Source: an uncultured Clostridia bacterium (GTDB taxonomy: Bacteria > Bacillota > Clostridia > Christensenellales > UBA1242). From it: a DNA stretch of 64,000 nt. Below, piece after piece: positions 1 to 10,113 of this stretch; positions within the stretch are counted from its first letter, which is position 1, and each line of letters starts with the position of its first letter. The stretch is from the NCBI GenBank assembly GCA_947366545.1, contig CANBAL010000003.1, positions 55,492-119,491 on the forward strand, in the 5' to 3' direction. Both the position numbers and the translations under genes were made by a program. The notes under the pieces were generated by a model. It did not search any database. It saw only the letters and a program-made list of their open reading frames with translations, and was not told the DNA's origin.

Positions 1-1331
1 GGCAGGCAATTCTAGACAAATTGCAACTTATGGTGTCAAATGTTTCATTTATTATGTGGTTTAAACCTTTAAAGGTTCTTGACCTTGTGGATAACACAAC
101 CCTTGTGATAAGCACAAATTCAACTTCAGCAAAAAACCAAATTCTAAGGAACTATATGGACAAACTCACCGAAGCGGTGCATGATATACTGGGTGAAAAC
201 ATTGAAGTTGAGATTCTTGACCAAAATGAAGAGATTTCATATATAGAAAAGAATGGCAAGAAAGCAAGGGCAAAAGAGGTTGAAGTAAGCAAAAATCCAT
301 TTAACGCAAAGTATACCTTTGACAATTTTGTTGTAGGAAAAAGCAATCAATTCGTCTATGCTGCTGCAAGAGCGGTGGCAGAGCATCCGGGGGAGAAATT
401 CAATCCTCTGTTTATCTATGGTGGTGTTGGACTTGGCAAAACTCACCTTCTTCACGCGGTAGGAAACTACCTTCGCGAATTTAATCCAAACCTTAAAGTT
501 ATGTATGTAACCTGTGAGCAGTTTACAAATGCCTATATTGAAAGTTTAGGTTCTCCTTCCAAAACCAAGGCCACCCTTGAATTTAGGTCTAAGTTTAGAA
601 ACCTAGATGTACTTATGATTGACGATATTCAATTCATCTCAACAAAGCCTTCCACACAAGAGGAGTTTTTCCACACTTTCAATGAACTGCATGAGGCAAA
701 TAAGCAGATTATCATCACCTCAGACCGTCCACCTAAGGAAATAAAAACCCTTGCGGACAGACTTCGCTCCCGTTTCTCTATGGGGCTTATTCAAGATATT
801 CAAACCCCTGACCTTGAAACAAGAATCGCCATTTTAAGAAAGAAATGCCAGATTGAAAAATATGTGATTGATGACGAAGTTATTGACTATATTGCAGAGC
901 GGGTAGACTCTAATATTCGTGAACTTGAAGGCACACTTTCAAAGGTATATTTCCTTGCAAACCTTATGGGTAAACGCTCAGCCAGCATGGAAGAGGCACT
1001 TGAAGCACTTAATGGCGAGGCGGAGGAAGAGAAGAATGAAGGTCTTACCCCTGACGCCATTATTGAAGGCGTATGCAAATATTTTGATGTGACTAAGGAA
1101 GATATCTTAGGCAAGAAAAAGAGTAAGGATGTTGTGGAGCCAAGAATGATAGCAATCTATCTTATCAGTGACATCCTAGAAATCCCACTTGTATCCATAG
1201 GCAAGATATTTGGCGGAAGAGATCACACCACAATTATGCACTCCCGCGATAAAATTGCTGACGGGGTAAAGACCTCTCACAAGATGCAGACCCTTGTAAG
1301 TGAAATTCGTAAATTGTTGAAAAGTGGATAG
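1..1331 (+). CDS. dnaA: Chromosomal replication initiator protein DnaA, 5' end cut by the window edge
   Basis: The ORF track starts at an internal TTG (21), but the frame stays open back to base 3 (..QAILDKLQLMVSNVSFIMWFKPL, typical DnaA domain I). Walker A GGVGLGKTHL, DDIQF box, and C-terminal DNA-binding region GGRDHTTIMHS are present. Confidence 0.95.
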   Translation, partial: QAILDKLQLMVSNVSFIMWFKPLKVLDLVDNTTLVISTNSTSAKNQILRNYMDKLTEAVHDILGENIEVEILDQNEEISYIEKNGKKARAKEVEVSKNPFNAKYTFDNFVVGKSNQFVYAAARAVAEHPGEKFNPLFIYGGVGLGKTHLLHAVGNYLREFNPNLKVMYVTCEQFTNAYIESLGSPSKTKATLEFRSKFRNLDVLMIDDIQFISTKPSTQEEFFHTFNELHEANKQIIITSDRPPKEIKTLADRLRSRFSMGLIQDIQTPDLETRIAILRKKCQIEKYVIDDEVIDYIAERVDSNIRELEGTLSKVYFLANLMGKRSASMEEALEALNGEAEEEKNEGLTPDAIIEGVCKYFDVTKEDILGKKKSKDVVEPRMIAIYLISDILEIPLVSIGKIFGGRDHTTIMHSRDKIADGVKTSHKMQTLVSEIRKLLKSG

Positions 1332-1595
1332 CCTTGCAAAGTATTACACACACTTGTCCACAATTTGTGAGCAAACGCATGATACTATATATAGAGTAAA
1401 ACCACTTTAATTTCAGATTATTTCACTAGATACAGAGCAGAACTTGACTTATCCACAATTACACATTCACTAATAATATTACTATTATTAATCAAATAAT
1501 AAACATAAATATTTAACGCGAGTGAGAGTGATTTTGTTTGTCAAACAGCCTCTAATGTGGTATACTTAAAGTGTAGATAAAGGAGAAAAAATATT
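1332..1595. promoter_or_regulatory. oriC-type dnaA-dnaN intergenic region. DnaA boxes TTGTCCACA (1354-1362), TTATCCACA (1449-1457) and TGTAGATAA (1572-1580, reverse orientation, 1 mismatch), plus an AT-rich unwinding-type tract at about 1469-1520
   Basis: One perfect TTATCCACA consensus box and two one-mismatch boxes read directly. Next to them is a run of almost pure A/T (cactaataatattactattattaatcaaataataaacataaatattt). The position between dnaA and dnaN is classic for Firmicute oriC. Confidence 0.7.
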
Positions 1596-2693
1596 ATGTT
1601 AGTTGTATGTCAAGGTTTGGAACTAAGTGATGCTTTTTTAAGAGTAAGTAAGGCAATTTCAAACAAGATTACAAACCCTATTTTAGAGGGAATTAAACTT
1701 GTTGCAGAAGATGGCACACTTACTATGAGTGCCACTGATACCGAACTTTCCATTGAAAAGAAAATAAAGGCAGACATTAAGATTGAAGGTGAAACAGTAG
1801 TACCGGGTAGATTTATTACTGAGTTTGTGAAGAAACTTACCAACTCTTTAATTGAACTTGAACTTAACGAAAGAAATCAACTTATCATTCGTTATGAAGA
1901 CAGCGAAAGTGTAATTCAGTGTTACAACCCTGTTGAATACCCTGGCTTTAAAAAGGTGCAAACGCAGGAATATTTTGGTATCACCAAAAAAGATTTTAAA
2001 TCACTTGTGAATAAATGTATCTTTGCTGTGGCAACAGACGATTCAAGACCAATACTCAAAGGCGTACTCTTTGATATTGACAACAAAGTACTTAATGCGG
2101 TTGCTCTTGATGGATACAGGCTTGCAAGAATTAAGAAACCTATAATGTCAAATATTAAAAAGTCAATAGTTGTGCCTGCAAGAAGCTTGAATGAAATTTC
2201 AAGGCTTATTGATGAAAATGATGAGGTTATAAACATTTACATTGATGAGTTTACTATAATGATTGACCTTGGAGACACAAAAGTTACTTCAAGATTACTT
2301 GAAGGCGACTATATGAATTACAAACAAATTATACCAGTAAACTATGAGACCTTTGTAATCGTGAATAGAGACCAGTTTGTTGAGGCACTAGAGCGTGCCA
2401 CCCTACTTCTACGATCAGCACAAAACAACTTTGTTAAACTTGATATAAAGGAAAATAACATTTGTGTAACAAGTAACAGTGAACTTGGTAATGTTAAAGA
2501 GAACATTCCAGTAACGGTTGCTGGAAAGGATTTACTAATATCTTTCAATCCAAGATATTTCCTTGAAAGTTTAAGGGTAAACACAAACGAGTTTGTTAAG
2601 GTATGCTTTAATGAAGCATCCAATCCTTGCGTAATCGTACCAACCGAAGATGATGAATTCTTATATCTTATTCTCCCAGTACGCTTTATGTAG
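1596..2693 (+). CDS. dnaN: DNA polymerase III beta sliding clamp
   Basis: 365-aa ORF directly after dnaA with SD AAAGGAG upstream. It has typical three-domain clamp length and a C-terminal ..YLILPVRF-type ending. Confidence 0.93.
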   Translation: MLVVCQGLELSDAFLRVSKAISNKITNPILEGIKLVAEDGTLTMSATDTELSIEKKIKADIKIEGETVVPGRFITEFVKKLTNSLIELELNERNQLIIRYEDSESVIQCYNPVEYPGFKKVQTQEYFGITKKDFKSLVNKCIFAVATDDSRPILKGVLFDIDNKVLNAVALDGYRLARIKKPIMSNIKKSIVVPARSLNEISRLIDENDEVINIYIDEFTIMIDLGDTKVTSRLLEGDYMNYKQIIPVNYETFVIVNRDQFVEALERATLLLRSAQNNFVKLDIKENNICVTSNSELGNVKENIPVTVAGKDLLISFNPRYFLESLRVNTNEFVKVCFNEASNPCVIVPTEDDEFLYLILPVRFM

Positions 2694-2844
2694 TGCATTA
2701 TGCACCTTTTTGGGAACAAAAATACAAAAAGAAAAACACGGGTTGCCCGCGTTTTTTCTTTTATTAAGTTACATTATTCTTCATAATATTGTAGTCTATT
2801 ATTTATTTTAATCATTCAAATGAAAAAACATGAAGATTATTTTA

Positions 2845-2873
2845 TTGACAAAGAAGAAAGTTTCAATTATAAT
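2845..2873 (+). promoter_or_regulatory. Consensus sigma-A type promoter for the rpmH operon (TTGACA-17 nt-TATAAT)
   Basis: TTGACA at 2845-2850, a 17-nt spacer, and TATAAT at 2868-2873. It lies about 30 nt upstream of the rpmH SD AAAGGAGG. Confidence 0.6.
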
Positions 2874-2904
2874 AAGTTAGTTACTAAAAGAAAGGAGGCA
2901 GGAC

Positions 2905-3039
2905 ATGAAGCGAACATATCAACCTAAAAAGAGACAGAGAAGCAAGGTTCACGGCTTTAGAGAAAGAATGAGAACTACTGGCGGAAGAAATGTTATAAAA
3001 AGAAGAAGAAATCGTGGAAGAAAGAAACTCGCTGCTTAA
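2905..3039 (+). CDS. rpmH: 50S ribosomal protein L34 (44 aa, below the ORF-track size cut-off)
   Basis: Hand translation gives [54 protein letters not shown] lies 6 nt upstream and rnpA follows. Confidence 0.95.
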   Translation: MKRTYQPKKRQRSKVHGFRERMRTTGGRNVIKRRRNRGRKKLAA

Positions 3040-3361
3040 AACTAAGGAAAGAGAGGACCATAGACTTAAAAAGAATAAACATTTCAGTTACATCTATAGA
3101 AAAGGGAAACGCAAAAATACCAAGAATTTGACATTATTTACCGCGCCAAGCAGATATCGCACATTCAAAGTTGGGATTTCTGTAAATAAAAAGATAGGTA
3201 AGGCAAATGTAAGAAATAAACTTAAGCGTAGAATAAGAGAGATTGTAAGAATAGACAACCTACCTAAGGAATACAACAACTACATAATTTTGACAAGGGA
3301 AGGCTCTCAAGAACTGTCTTTTGACGGGTTAAGAGCGCAGTTAAAAGAATTATTTTCATGA
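3014..3361 (+). CDS. rnpA: Ribonuclease P protein component (start uncertain; the GTG at 3014 overlaps the rpmH end)
   Basis: Basic 115-aa ORF after rpmH with ..[18 protein letters not shown].. and a KLKRRIREI motif typical of RnpA. There is no ATG between the rpmH stop and the conserved RLKK region. Confidence 0.85.
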   Translation: MEERNSLLKTKEREDHRLKKNKHFSYIYRKGKRKNTKNLTLFTAPSRYRTFKVGISVNKKIGKANVRNKLKRRIREIVRIDNLPKEYNNYIILTREGSQELSFDGLRAQLKELFS

Positions 3362-3624
3362 AATACCTTTTACTACCTTTTAAATACTTAGTTAAGTTGC
3401 CGGTATACTTTTATAAATATTTAATCTCTCCCTTACTTCCTCATACTTGCAGATTTACGCCAAGTTGCTCCAACTATTTCCTAGGGGCAGTAAATGAATT
3501 TGGGGCTTTTAGAGGTTCCTATATCGGCTTTAAGCGTATTATGAGATGTACACCAAGAAATAAGTGCTATGGTTATGACCCAGTGCCAATTAATATTAAA
3601 GGAGACTGCCGATGGCTATTTTAA
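3358..3624 (+). CDS. yidD: Membrane protein insertion efficiency factor YidD
   Basis: ISPLLPHTCRFTPSCSNYFLGAV...RCTPRNKCYGYDPVP matches the YidD signature. ATGA overlap with the rnpA stop. Confidence 0.9.
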   Translation: MKYLLLPFKYLVKLPVYFYKYLISPLLPHTCRFTPSCSNYFLGAVNEFGAFRGSYIGFKRIMRCTPRNKCYGYDPVPINIKGDCRWLF

Positions 3625-4907
3625 GCACTCTTCTTGCGGTGAGTGAACCGACAGGAATGTGGGAAACTATAATAAAAGCTTTTGAAGGCTTTACAAACAA
3701 CTATATACTTGCGATAATTCTTTTAACAGTGCTTATTAGAATTGTTTGGGCACCTATTGATACCCTAAACAAGAAAATGACTTTTAAGATGACTGCAAAT
3801 CAAGCAAAGATGCAACCTGAACTTGAAAAGATTAAAGCCAAGTATGCAAACAACCCACAACAATTACAACAAAAACAAAACGAACTATATAAAAAATACA
3901 ATACCAATTCTGTTGGTAGTTGTCTTTTTATGCTTGTATTCTTTGGCCTAAATATGGCGATATTCTTCACCCTATTTTCAGGCTTGAATACTATGGCTGC
4001 TTTTAAGACAAGCGGAAGTTATGAAGCACTTAAGTATGACTATGCAAACTGCTTACAAATCACCGATACCTATCTTACAAATGGCGGTAGCAACGAAATT
4101 TTTAAGGATTTTACCAATCTTTCTTTTGAAATATTTGATAAAGACGGACAAACATACATTGCATTTAAGCAAGGCGAAGATGTACTCTATACAGAGGAGT
4201 ATAAAACAAGTTTTGCAAGTGGTGAGGGCGAAACTCTAGTTACCACAAATGCCTATGTAAATAATCTTATCGTAAAATATATTAATCCAGAAACCCCAGT
4301 TGTGCTTATAGAAGAAGTGAAAGATGGGGAAGGAAATGTAACGCAAGCAGGACTTACACTATCTTCAGCAATTCAAAGTGTGGCGATGAAGGCAGTAGAA
4401 GTAAAATACGATAAGTCACAAGATAAATTTTTATGGATACAAAATATTTGGATAGCGGACTCCCCTCTTCAAAACTCGATATTCGATTACAATACTTTTG
4501 TTTCAAAGGTAGGCAAGAATAATATAGAAGAAGGCGAAGAAACTATTTATAACAGTTTTATGAAAGATTTAAAACTTTCTAAGGGAAGAGTTAACGGATA
4601 CTTTATATTACCTATCATATGTATTCTCACCACCTTCCTTACAATGTTCTTAACAACAAGAAAGAAGAAGGGGGACACCACCCCTGCACCAGCGGGCGGA
4701 AAGGTTACAAAAATCTTAATGCCAATAATATTTGGTGTATTTGCATTATTCTACAACAGTGTGTTTGCGATTTACATGGCTGTAAGTCAGATAATAAGCG
4801 GACTACTGATTCCACTTCAAAATCTTATTTTGGACAAATGGAATAAGCATGACGAAAAGAAAAAGAAAGAAAAAATTGAAGTTGTGGATTATAGTAGAAA
4901 ATTTTAA
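3612..4907 (+). CDS. yidC: YidC/Oxa1-family membrane insertase, unusually long (431 aa) with a large hydrophilic insert
   Basis: SD AAAGGAGA upstream. Conserved first TM plus amphipathic C1 region (QAKMQPELEKIKAKY..QQKQNELYKKYN), FLWIQNIW motif, and C-terminal TM pair with a basic tail. Position after yidD. Confidence 0.85.
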   Translation: MAILSTLLAVSEPTGMWETIIKAFEGFTNNYILAIILLTVLIRIVWAPIDTLNKKMTFKMTANQAKMQPELEKIKAKYANNPQQLQQKQNELYKKYNTNSVGSCLFMLVFFGLNMAIFFTLFSGLNTMAAFKTSGSYEALKYDYANCLQITDTYLTNGGSNEIFKDFTNLSFEIFDKDGQTYIAFKQGEDVLYTEEYKTSFASGEGETLVTTNAYVNNLIVKYINPETPVVLIEEVKDGEGNVTQAGLTLSSAIQSVAMKAVEVKYDKSQDKFLWIQNIWIADSPLQNSIFDYNTFVSKVGKNNIEEGEETIYNSFMKDLKLSKGRVNGYFILPIICILTTFLTMFLTTRKKKGDTTPAPAGGKVTKILMPIIFGVFALFYNSVFAIYMAVSQIISGLLIPLQNLILDKWNKHDEKKKKEKIEVVDYSRKF

Positions 4908-4922
4908 TTAGGAGGGAGAAAA

Positions 4923-5690
4923 ATGTTATCTGCAGAAGGAACAGGAAAAACAATAGAAAAAGCGATTGAGGCTGCTTTACTTGAACTTAAAGCACCACGC
5001 GAGGATGTCGATATCAAAATTATCAACGAAGGCGGACTTTTTAAGAAAGCCAAGGTGGTAGTTACAATTTCCGATGATGCCAAAGATAAATATGTTAAGC
5101 GTGAAAAGGCAAGAAAGGAAGAAAAGGTTAAGGCTCAGGAAACAAAACCAGTGGAAGAGCCAGCAAAAGAAGAAAATGTAGCACCTGAGAATAATGAAAA
5201 GGTTGAGGAGCCTGAAAAGCCAAGAGCAAAGAGAGAGGAAAAGGTAGTTGAGCCTATTTCATTCCTTGAAGGACTATTTAAAACTCTTGGAAAAGAGGTT
5301 GAAATTTCAACACTTGAAGATGAAAGATTTATCACTTATTCAGTGACTGGTGAAGACCTTGGAGAAACAATAGGAAGACGCGGAGAAACCTTCTACGCAA
5401 TATCAAATCTTTTAACAGCTGTAACTGGAAGGAGCGAAAAGAAAATCCTTCTTGATATTGCTGGGTACAGAGAAAAAAGAGCAGAAAGCCTTACCCAAAC
5501 CGCAAAACGACTTGCAAATAAGGTTGCGAAGAGTGGTAGATATATGAAACTTGAGCCAATGAACCCAAGCGAACGAAGAATAATTCACACTGCTCTTCAA
5601 GATGACGAGCGTGTAACCACCCTCAGTAAAGGCACCGAGCCTCGCAGATATGTAATTATTTTCCCAAAGGAATATAACGATAAACATTAA
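4923..5690 (+). CDS. jag: Jag/KhpB RNA-binding protein (Jag_N, KH and R3H domains)
   Basis: KH GXXG motif (IGRRGETFYAI) and R3H motif (MNPSERRIIHTALQ). A Lys/Glu-rich linker is present. SD GGAGGGAG; follows yidC as in most Firmicutes. Confidence 0.88.
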   Translation: MLSAEGTGKTIEKAIEAALLELKAPREDVDIKIINEGGLFKKAKVVVTISDDAKDKYVKREKARKEEKVKAQETKPVEEPAKEENVAPENNEKVEEPEKPRAKREEKVVEPISFLEGLFKTLGKEVEISTLEDERFITYSVTGEDLGETIGRRGETFYAISNLLTAVTGRSEKKILLDIAGYREKRAESLTQTAKRLANKVAKSGRYMKLEPMNPSERRIIHTALQDDERVTTLSKGTEPRRYVIIFPKEYNDKH

Positions 5691-5696
5691 AATAAA

Positions 5697-5722
5697 AGCC
5701 CTAGCGTTGCTAGGACTTTTTT
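5697..5722. terminator. Bidirectional rho-independent terminator between jag (+) and the convergent paralog pair (-)
   Basis: CCTAGC-GTT-GCTAGG hairpin flanked by an A-run and a T-run (aaaagccctagcgttgctaggactttttt). Confidence 0.6.
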
Positions 5723-6266
5723 ATTCTGCCTCTGCGTAAGGATTTGTAATTTTATAAGTCTTGTATAAATCATAACCAAGAAGGCCATGTATTCGTTTAG
5801 GAAGATAAGCGATAGAAGTCACAGTGGGCGACTTACCTACTTTTTCGGTCCAAGAACCGTCTTTTTCTTGCAAAAGGAAATGATAGTCACCATTATCAAA
5901 TAGAGGATATCTAAAATAAAGTGCCACCCGCCATTCATTCTTTTTTAGCAACCCGTCCACAGGATATTCCTCTACTTGAAGCCCCACCTTGCGAACATAA
6001 TCAAATAAATTTTTTGCAGTTTTTTCTTCATCAAGAAAGAAGTCTTCATAAATTACTGTTCCAATTTTAATCCAACTTGCAGTTTCATTTGTTAAATTCA
6101 TATGTTGTAAATCTTCATTTGTAATGTTAAAACAATGTGTAAAGCAATTTGTAATATTCTCGATTTTTTCTCCATTTGCCGATTGCCCAGTATAGTTTGT
6201 CATTTGCCTTGAAGGAAGATAACCTTTTTTAAAAATAGTATTAAGTTGTTTAATAAGACTGTCCAT
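5721..6266 (-). CDS. Uncharacterised protein, paralog A, with conserved Cys...His motifs (possible papain-like thiol hydrolase fold)
   Basis: 181-aa ORF with a strong SD (AGGAGGAAATATG). It shares NCF.H...N.TN..L, GDYHF.L.E.D..WT.K.G, YLPKRIH and TNPYA motifs with the upstream gene. Confidence 0.7.
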   Translation of the reverse strand: MDSLIKQLNTIFKKGYLPSRQMTNYTGQSANGEKIENITNCFTHCFNITNEDLQHMNLTNETASWIKIGTVIYEDFFLDEEKTAKNLFDYVRKVGLQVEEYPVDGLLKKNEWRVALYFRYPLFDNGDYHFLLQEKDGSWTEKVGKSPTVTSIAYLPKRIHGLLGYDLYKTYKITNPYAEAE

Positions 6267-6275
6267 ATTTCCTCC

Positions 6276-6824
6276 TTAGTTTTCTGGTGCATAAGGGTTT
6301 GTGACAATAAATGTATTTTGTAATATATAATCCCCATGAAGACGGTGTATTCTTTTAGGCAAGTAGTCAAAATAATCTACAACGCCATGAAATCCGCGTT
6401 TAGCTGTCCACAGATTATCTTCTTCCTTTAATGCAAAATGATAATCGCCAGAAAGAAGGTCGACACTATCAAAGTCAGTAGTAAGATAATAGGCAATTTC
6501 CCATTGATTTTGTTTCAAAATTTGCGATGGGTGACATTCTGTTATTTTTAAACCGGTTTCTTGCATAAAACTTATAAAGTTATTTAAAATTTGACTTTTG
6601 TCATTGCTCCAAAACCCAGAAAAGCCTTTTGCATCTTGAATAGAAAAGTTCTGGGATAACTGATCATTAGTTAGGTTATAACATGCATGCATAAAGCAAT
6701 TAGCAAATTTTATGCCAAATTCTCTATCATACTGCATGAGTTTGCGGCATGGAGTATGTCCCGACTTTATTATACCGCTAAGTGTTTCAATGACTTTTTT
6801 CCTATTGTCTATTCCCATAATCAT
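6276..6824 (-). CDS. Uncharacterised protein, paralog B, same Cys...His motif family (start uncertain: 6824 or 6818)
   Basis: The ORF track gives 6276..6860. Internal ATGs at 6824 and 6818 sit just after a TTGACA-17-TACACT promoter-like element. Motifs NCFMHACYNLTNDQL, GDYHFALKEEDNLWTAKRG, YLPKRIH and TNPYA are present. Confidence 0.62.
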   Translation of the reverse strand: MIMGIDNRKKVIETLSGIIKSGHTPCRKLMQYDREFGIKFANCFMHACYNLTNDQLSQNFSIQDAKGFSGFWSNDKSQILNNFISFMQETGLKITECHPSQILKQNQWEIAYYLTTDFDSVDLLSGDYHFALKEEDNLWTAKRGFHGVVDYFDYLPKRIHRLHGDYILQNTFIVTNPYAPEN

Positions 6825-6913
6825 AGTGTACACCCAAAATAGACGGGTGTCAATAGTCAATTTTGATAAAAGTCGGCTTGCATTTTTTAAGTTTATTTGC
6901 TAAAATGGTAGAC

Positions 6914-8254
6914 ATGAAAGAAAAGACGATAGTGGCGATCTCCACACCTCTTGGAAGAGGAGCAATATCTATTGTAAGAATGAGCGGCAAGGAAAGCTTA
7001 ACCTTGGCCGAGAAAGTTTTTTGTTCTCAAAAATTAGATTATAGAAATATTACTCCCCGCTATCTATATTTGGGTGATTTCAAACTAGGCGATGGAATAA
7101 TTGAAAAATGTATGATGGTGTATTTTAAATCACCATTTTCGTATACTGGCGAAGATATAGTTGAATTTCAAGTGCATGGCGGCACAGTGCTAACGCAAAG
7201 GATACTCGAAAAACTTATTGAAAGCGGTGCCACTCTTGCCGAGGCGGGCGAGTTTTCAAAACGGGCATTTGAAAATGGGAAAATATCACTTGATGAAGCG
7301 GAAAGCATAATTGGTGAGATAAACGCGGAAAGCGAAAGTGAACTTTCAGCCTCCCTCTCTGTCGCAGGCGGAAAACTTAAAGAGGAAATCCTTGCTTTGC
7401 AGCACTCTTTAACAGAAGAACTTGCAGAAATTGAGGCCACTCTTGACTACCCCGAGGAAGACTTTGAAGCGGCTGTTAAAGAAAAAATATTTAGTGAAAT
7501 TGAAAGAGTATATAATTCTTTAGCAAATATCTTAAACCAAAGTAAAAATGCAAGGTTTTTAAATCATGGCATTAATATAGCACTTATCGGCTCTCCAAAC
7601 GCTGGAAAGTCAAGCCTACTTAATGCGGTGCTTGGAAAAGAAAGAGCGATTGTAACAGATATAGCAGGAACAACTCGCGATACAATAAAAGAAACTATCG
7701 CATATAAAGGTATAAATCTCAATTTCTTTGACACGGCTGGGATACGCGATACAGATGACCAAATAGAAAAAATAGGGGTCGACAAAAGCAAAGAATATCT
7801 GCACTCAAGCGATATCGTCCTTCACATAATTGATGGCAGTAAACCATTGTCACAGGATGATAAGGAGATAAACACAATGCTCGCTGGCACAAACTATATT
7901 GTTGTTATCAATAAGATAGATAAGTCAAGGGTTGTCAAAACATTTGAAAATGAAATAGAGGTCTCTGCCCTTGATAAAATAAATATTAACGAACTACTTG
8001 AAAAGATTTATAATAAGGTTATCAGCGAGGAAATTGATTTTAATAAACTTGTTGTGACAAACGAAAGACAACTGTCGCTTATAAATGAAGGCTTAACCAA
8101 AGCAAAAACGATTTTGGCTAGACAGGAAGAGAGCATGGATGTTGTGGCAATGCTTATCAAAGATTTGTGGCAAACATTAGGAAAAATCACAGGTCAATGT
8201 GAGAATGAACAGATAATTGACCTTATCTTTTCTAAGTTTTGCTTGGGGAAATAA
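6914..8254 (+). CDS. mnmE: tRNA modification GTPase MnmE
   Basis: [26 protein letters not shown]-terminus, G1 [22 protein letters not shown], and C-terminal CLGK. Start chosen at the ATG at 6914 because the 6863 start abuts the divergent gene. Confidence 0.93.
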   Translation: MKEKTIVAISTPLGRGAISIVRMSGKESLTLAEKVFCSQKLDYRNITPRYLYLGDFKLGDGIIEKCMMVYFKSPFSYTGEDIVEFQVHGGTVLTQRILEKLIESGATLAEAGEFSKRAFENGKISLDEAESIIGEINAESESELSASLSVAGGKLKEEILALQHSLTEELAEIEATLDYPEEDFEAAVKEKIFSEIERVYNSLANILNQSKNARFLNHGINIALIGSPNAGKSSLLNAVLGKERAIVTDIAGTTRDTIKETIAYKGINLNFFDTAGIRDTDDQIEKIGVDKSKEYLHSSDIVLHIIDGSKPLSQDDKEINTMLAGTNYIVVINKIDKSRVVKTFENEIEVSALDKININELLEKIYNKVISEEIDFNKLVVTNERQLSLINEGLTKAKTILARQEESMDVVAMLIKDLWQTLGKITGQCENEQIIDLIFSKFCLGK

Positions 8255-8256
8255 GT

Positions 8257-10110
8257 ATGAAAGATTTTGACGCTATTGTAATAGGTGCTGGACATGCGGG
8301 ATGTGAAGCCGCTTTGGCACTTGCAAGAATGGGGAATGAAACGCTGCTTTTAACACTAAGTTTGGATGCGGTGGCTTTTTTGGCGTGCAATCCTTCTATT
8401 GGTGGTACAGCGAAAGGACAACTTGTCTGCGAAGTGGATGCACTAGGCGGCGAAATGGGTATCAATATTGATAAAACCTCAATACAACTAAGGATGCTTA
8501 ACCGTGGGAAAGGTCCAGCCGTGCAAAGTCTGCGTGCACAAGCCGATAAGGTGGAATATCACAATGAAATGAAAAAAACGCTTGAAAACACCCCAAATCT
8601 ATATCTTAGACAAGGTGAAGCGGTAGACATTATCGATGAAGGAAAGTACAAACTTGTAAAAACGGCGGTAGGAATAGAGTATAAGGCGAAAGCGGTTGTA
8701 TTTGCCACAGGCGTATATCTTGATAGCCGCATCATTATAGGAGAGTATACAAAAGATGTAGGGCCAAACGGCTTTATGAATGCCAAATTTCTTTCTTCAA
8801 GTTTGGAAAGATTGGGAATAAAACTTCTTCGATTTAAAACAGGCACTCCTGCCCGCGTTAATTCACGCAGCATTGATTTTTCAAAACTTGAAATTCAGAA
8901 TGGTGAAGATAATATTCAATCTTTCTCTTTTATGACAAAAGAAAAACCCAAAAACAGAGCGGTGTGTTATCTCACATATACAAATGAAAACACACATGAC
9001 ATTATAAGAGCGAATCTTGATAAAGCACCAGTATATTCCGGGCTTATTAAAGGTGTTGGCCCAAGATATTGCCCTTCGATTGAGACTAAGATAGTGCGCT
9101 TTGCCGATAAAGAGCGTCACCAACTTTTCTTAGAGCCTGAATCCTTGTCTACAAACGAAATATATATCCAAGGTTTTTCTACATCTATGCCCACTGATAT
9201 TCAAGAGCAAATGATTCATTCGCTTAAAGGATTAGAAAAAGCTGAGATTATGCGTGATAGTTATGCGATAGAATATGATTGTATAGATCCTAAGCAACTT
9301 CTCCCCACCCTTGAACTAAAAAATCATAACGGACTTTTCTTTGCCGGTCAGATAAATGGGACAAGCGGCTATGAAGAGGCGGCGGCACAGGGATTAATTG
9401 CCGGTATTAATGCCAGCCTCTATTTACAGAACAAGCAACAACTCATATTAAAGCGCAGCGACGGTTATATAGGCGTGCTTATTGACGATATTGTTACAAA
9501 AGGCACACTAGAGCCTTATAGAATGATGACAAGTCGTGCAGAATATAGACTGCTTTTAAGACAAGACAATGCAGATTTAAGGCTCACCGAAATCGGTAGA
9601 GATGTTGGACTTGTCAGTGACGAGAGATATAATATGTTTTTAGAGAAGAAAGCAAAACTTAGCGAGTGCATGGAAAAACTAAAAACAAAGATAAAGATGG
9701 ATGAGATTTTTGAAAGCCTGTTTAAAGAAAACGGCGAAAATTTACCAAAAGAGAATATCACGCTATATGAAATGCTTAAGCGAAGCAATATTGATATCTT
9801 TAAAATAAATGATAAGACTCACCTATTTGATGAGTTTGACTATGATATTTTGAATGAAGTCAACATTATGGTTAAATATGAGGGCTATTTAAAACAGCAA
9901 GATGAGGAAATTGCGAAATTTAAAAAGAACGAGGCGACTTTAATTCCTGCAAACTTTGACTATTTCAAATATCATGGACTACGCTTAGAGGCTGCTGAGA
10001 AATTAAATGAAATTCGCCCTCTTAATCTAGGTCAGGCATCTAGAATATCTGGGGTCTCCCCTGCCGATATTGCGGTGCTCTCAGTTTTGATTAAAAAAGA
10101 TAGAGGTTAA
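8257..10110 (+). CDS. mnmG: tRNA uridine 5-carboxymethylaminomethyl modification enzyme MnmG (GidA)
   Basis: [22 protein letters not shown]-binding N-terminus, ..GPRYCPSIE.., 617 aa. Start at the ATG at 8257, right after the mnmE stop. Confidence 0.95.
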   Translation: MKDFDAIVIGAGHAGCEAALALARMGNETLLLTLSLDAVAFLACNPSIGGTAKGQLVCEVDALGGEMGINIDKTSIQLRMLNRGKGPAVQSLRAQADKVEYHNEMKKTLENTPNLYLRQGEAVDIIDEGKYKLVKTAVGIEYKAKAVVFATGVYLDSRIIIGEYTKDVGPNGFMNAKFLSSSLERLGIKLLRFKTGTPARVNSRSIDFSKLEIQNGEDNIQSFSFMTKEKPKNRAVCYLTYTNENTHDIIRANLDKAPVYSGLIKGVGPRYCPSIETKIVRFADKERHQLFLEPESLSTNEIYIQGFSTSMPTDIQEQMIHSLKGLEKAEIMRDSYAIEYDCIDPKQLLPTLELKNHNGLFFAGQINGTSGYEEAAAQGLIAGINASLYLQNKQQLILKRSDGYIGVLIDDIVTKGTLEPYRMMTSRAEYRLLLRQDNADLRLTEIGRDVGLVSDERYNMFLEKKAKLSECMEKLKTKIKMDEIFESLFKENGENLPKENITLYEMLKRSNIDIFKINDKTHLFDEFDYDILNEVNIMVKYEGYLKQQDEEIAKFKKNEATLIPANFDYFKYHGLRLEAAEKLNEIRPLNLGQASRISGVSPADIAVLSVLIKKDRG

Positions 10111-10113
10111 GGT

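Noticed and set aside
4021-4846. Plus-strand ORFs 4021-4239 and 4619-4846.
   Set aside because: They are out of frame inside yidC, with no independent signals.
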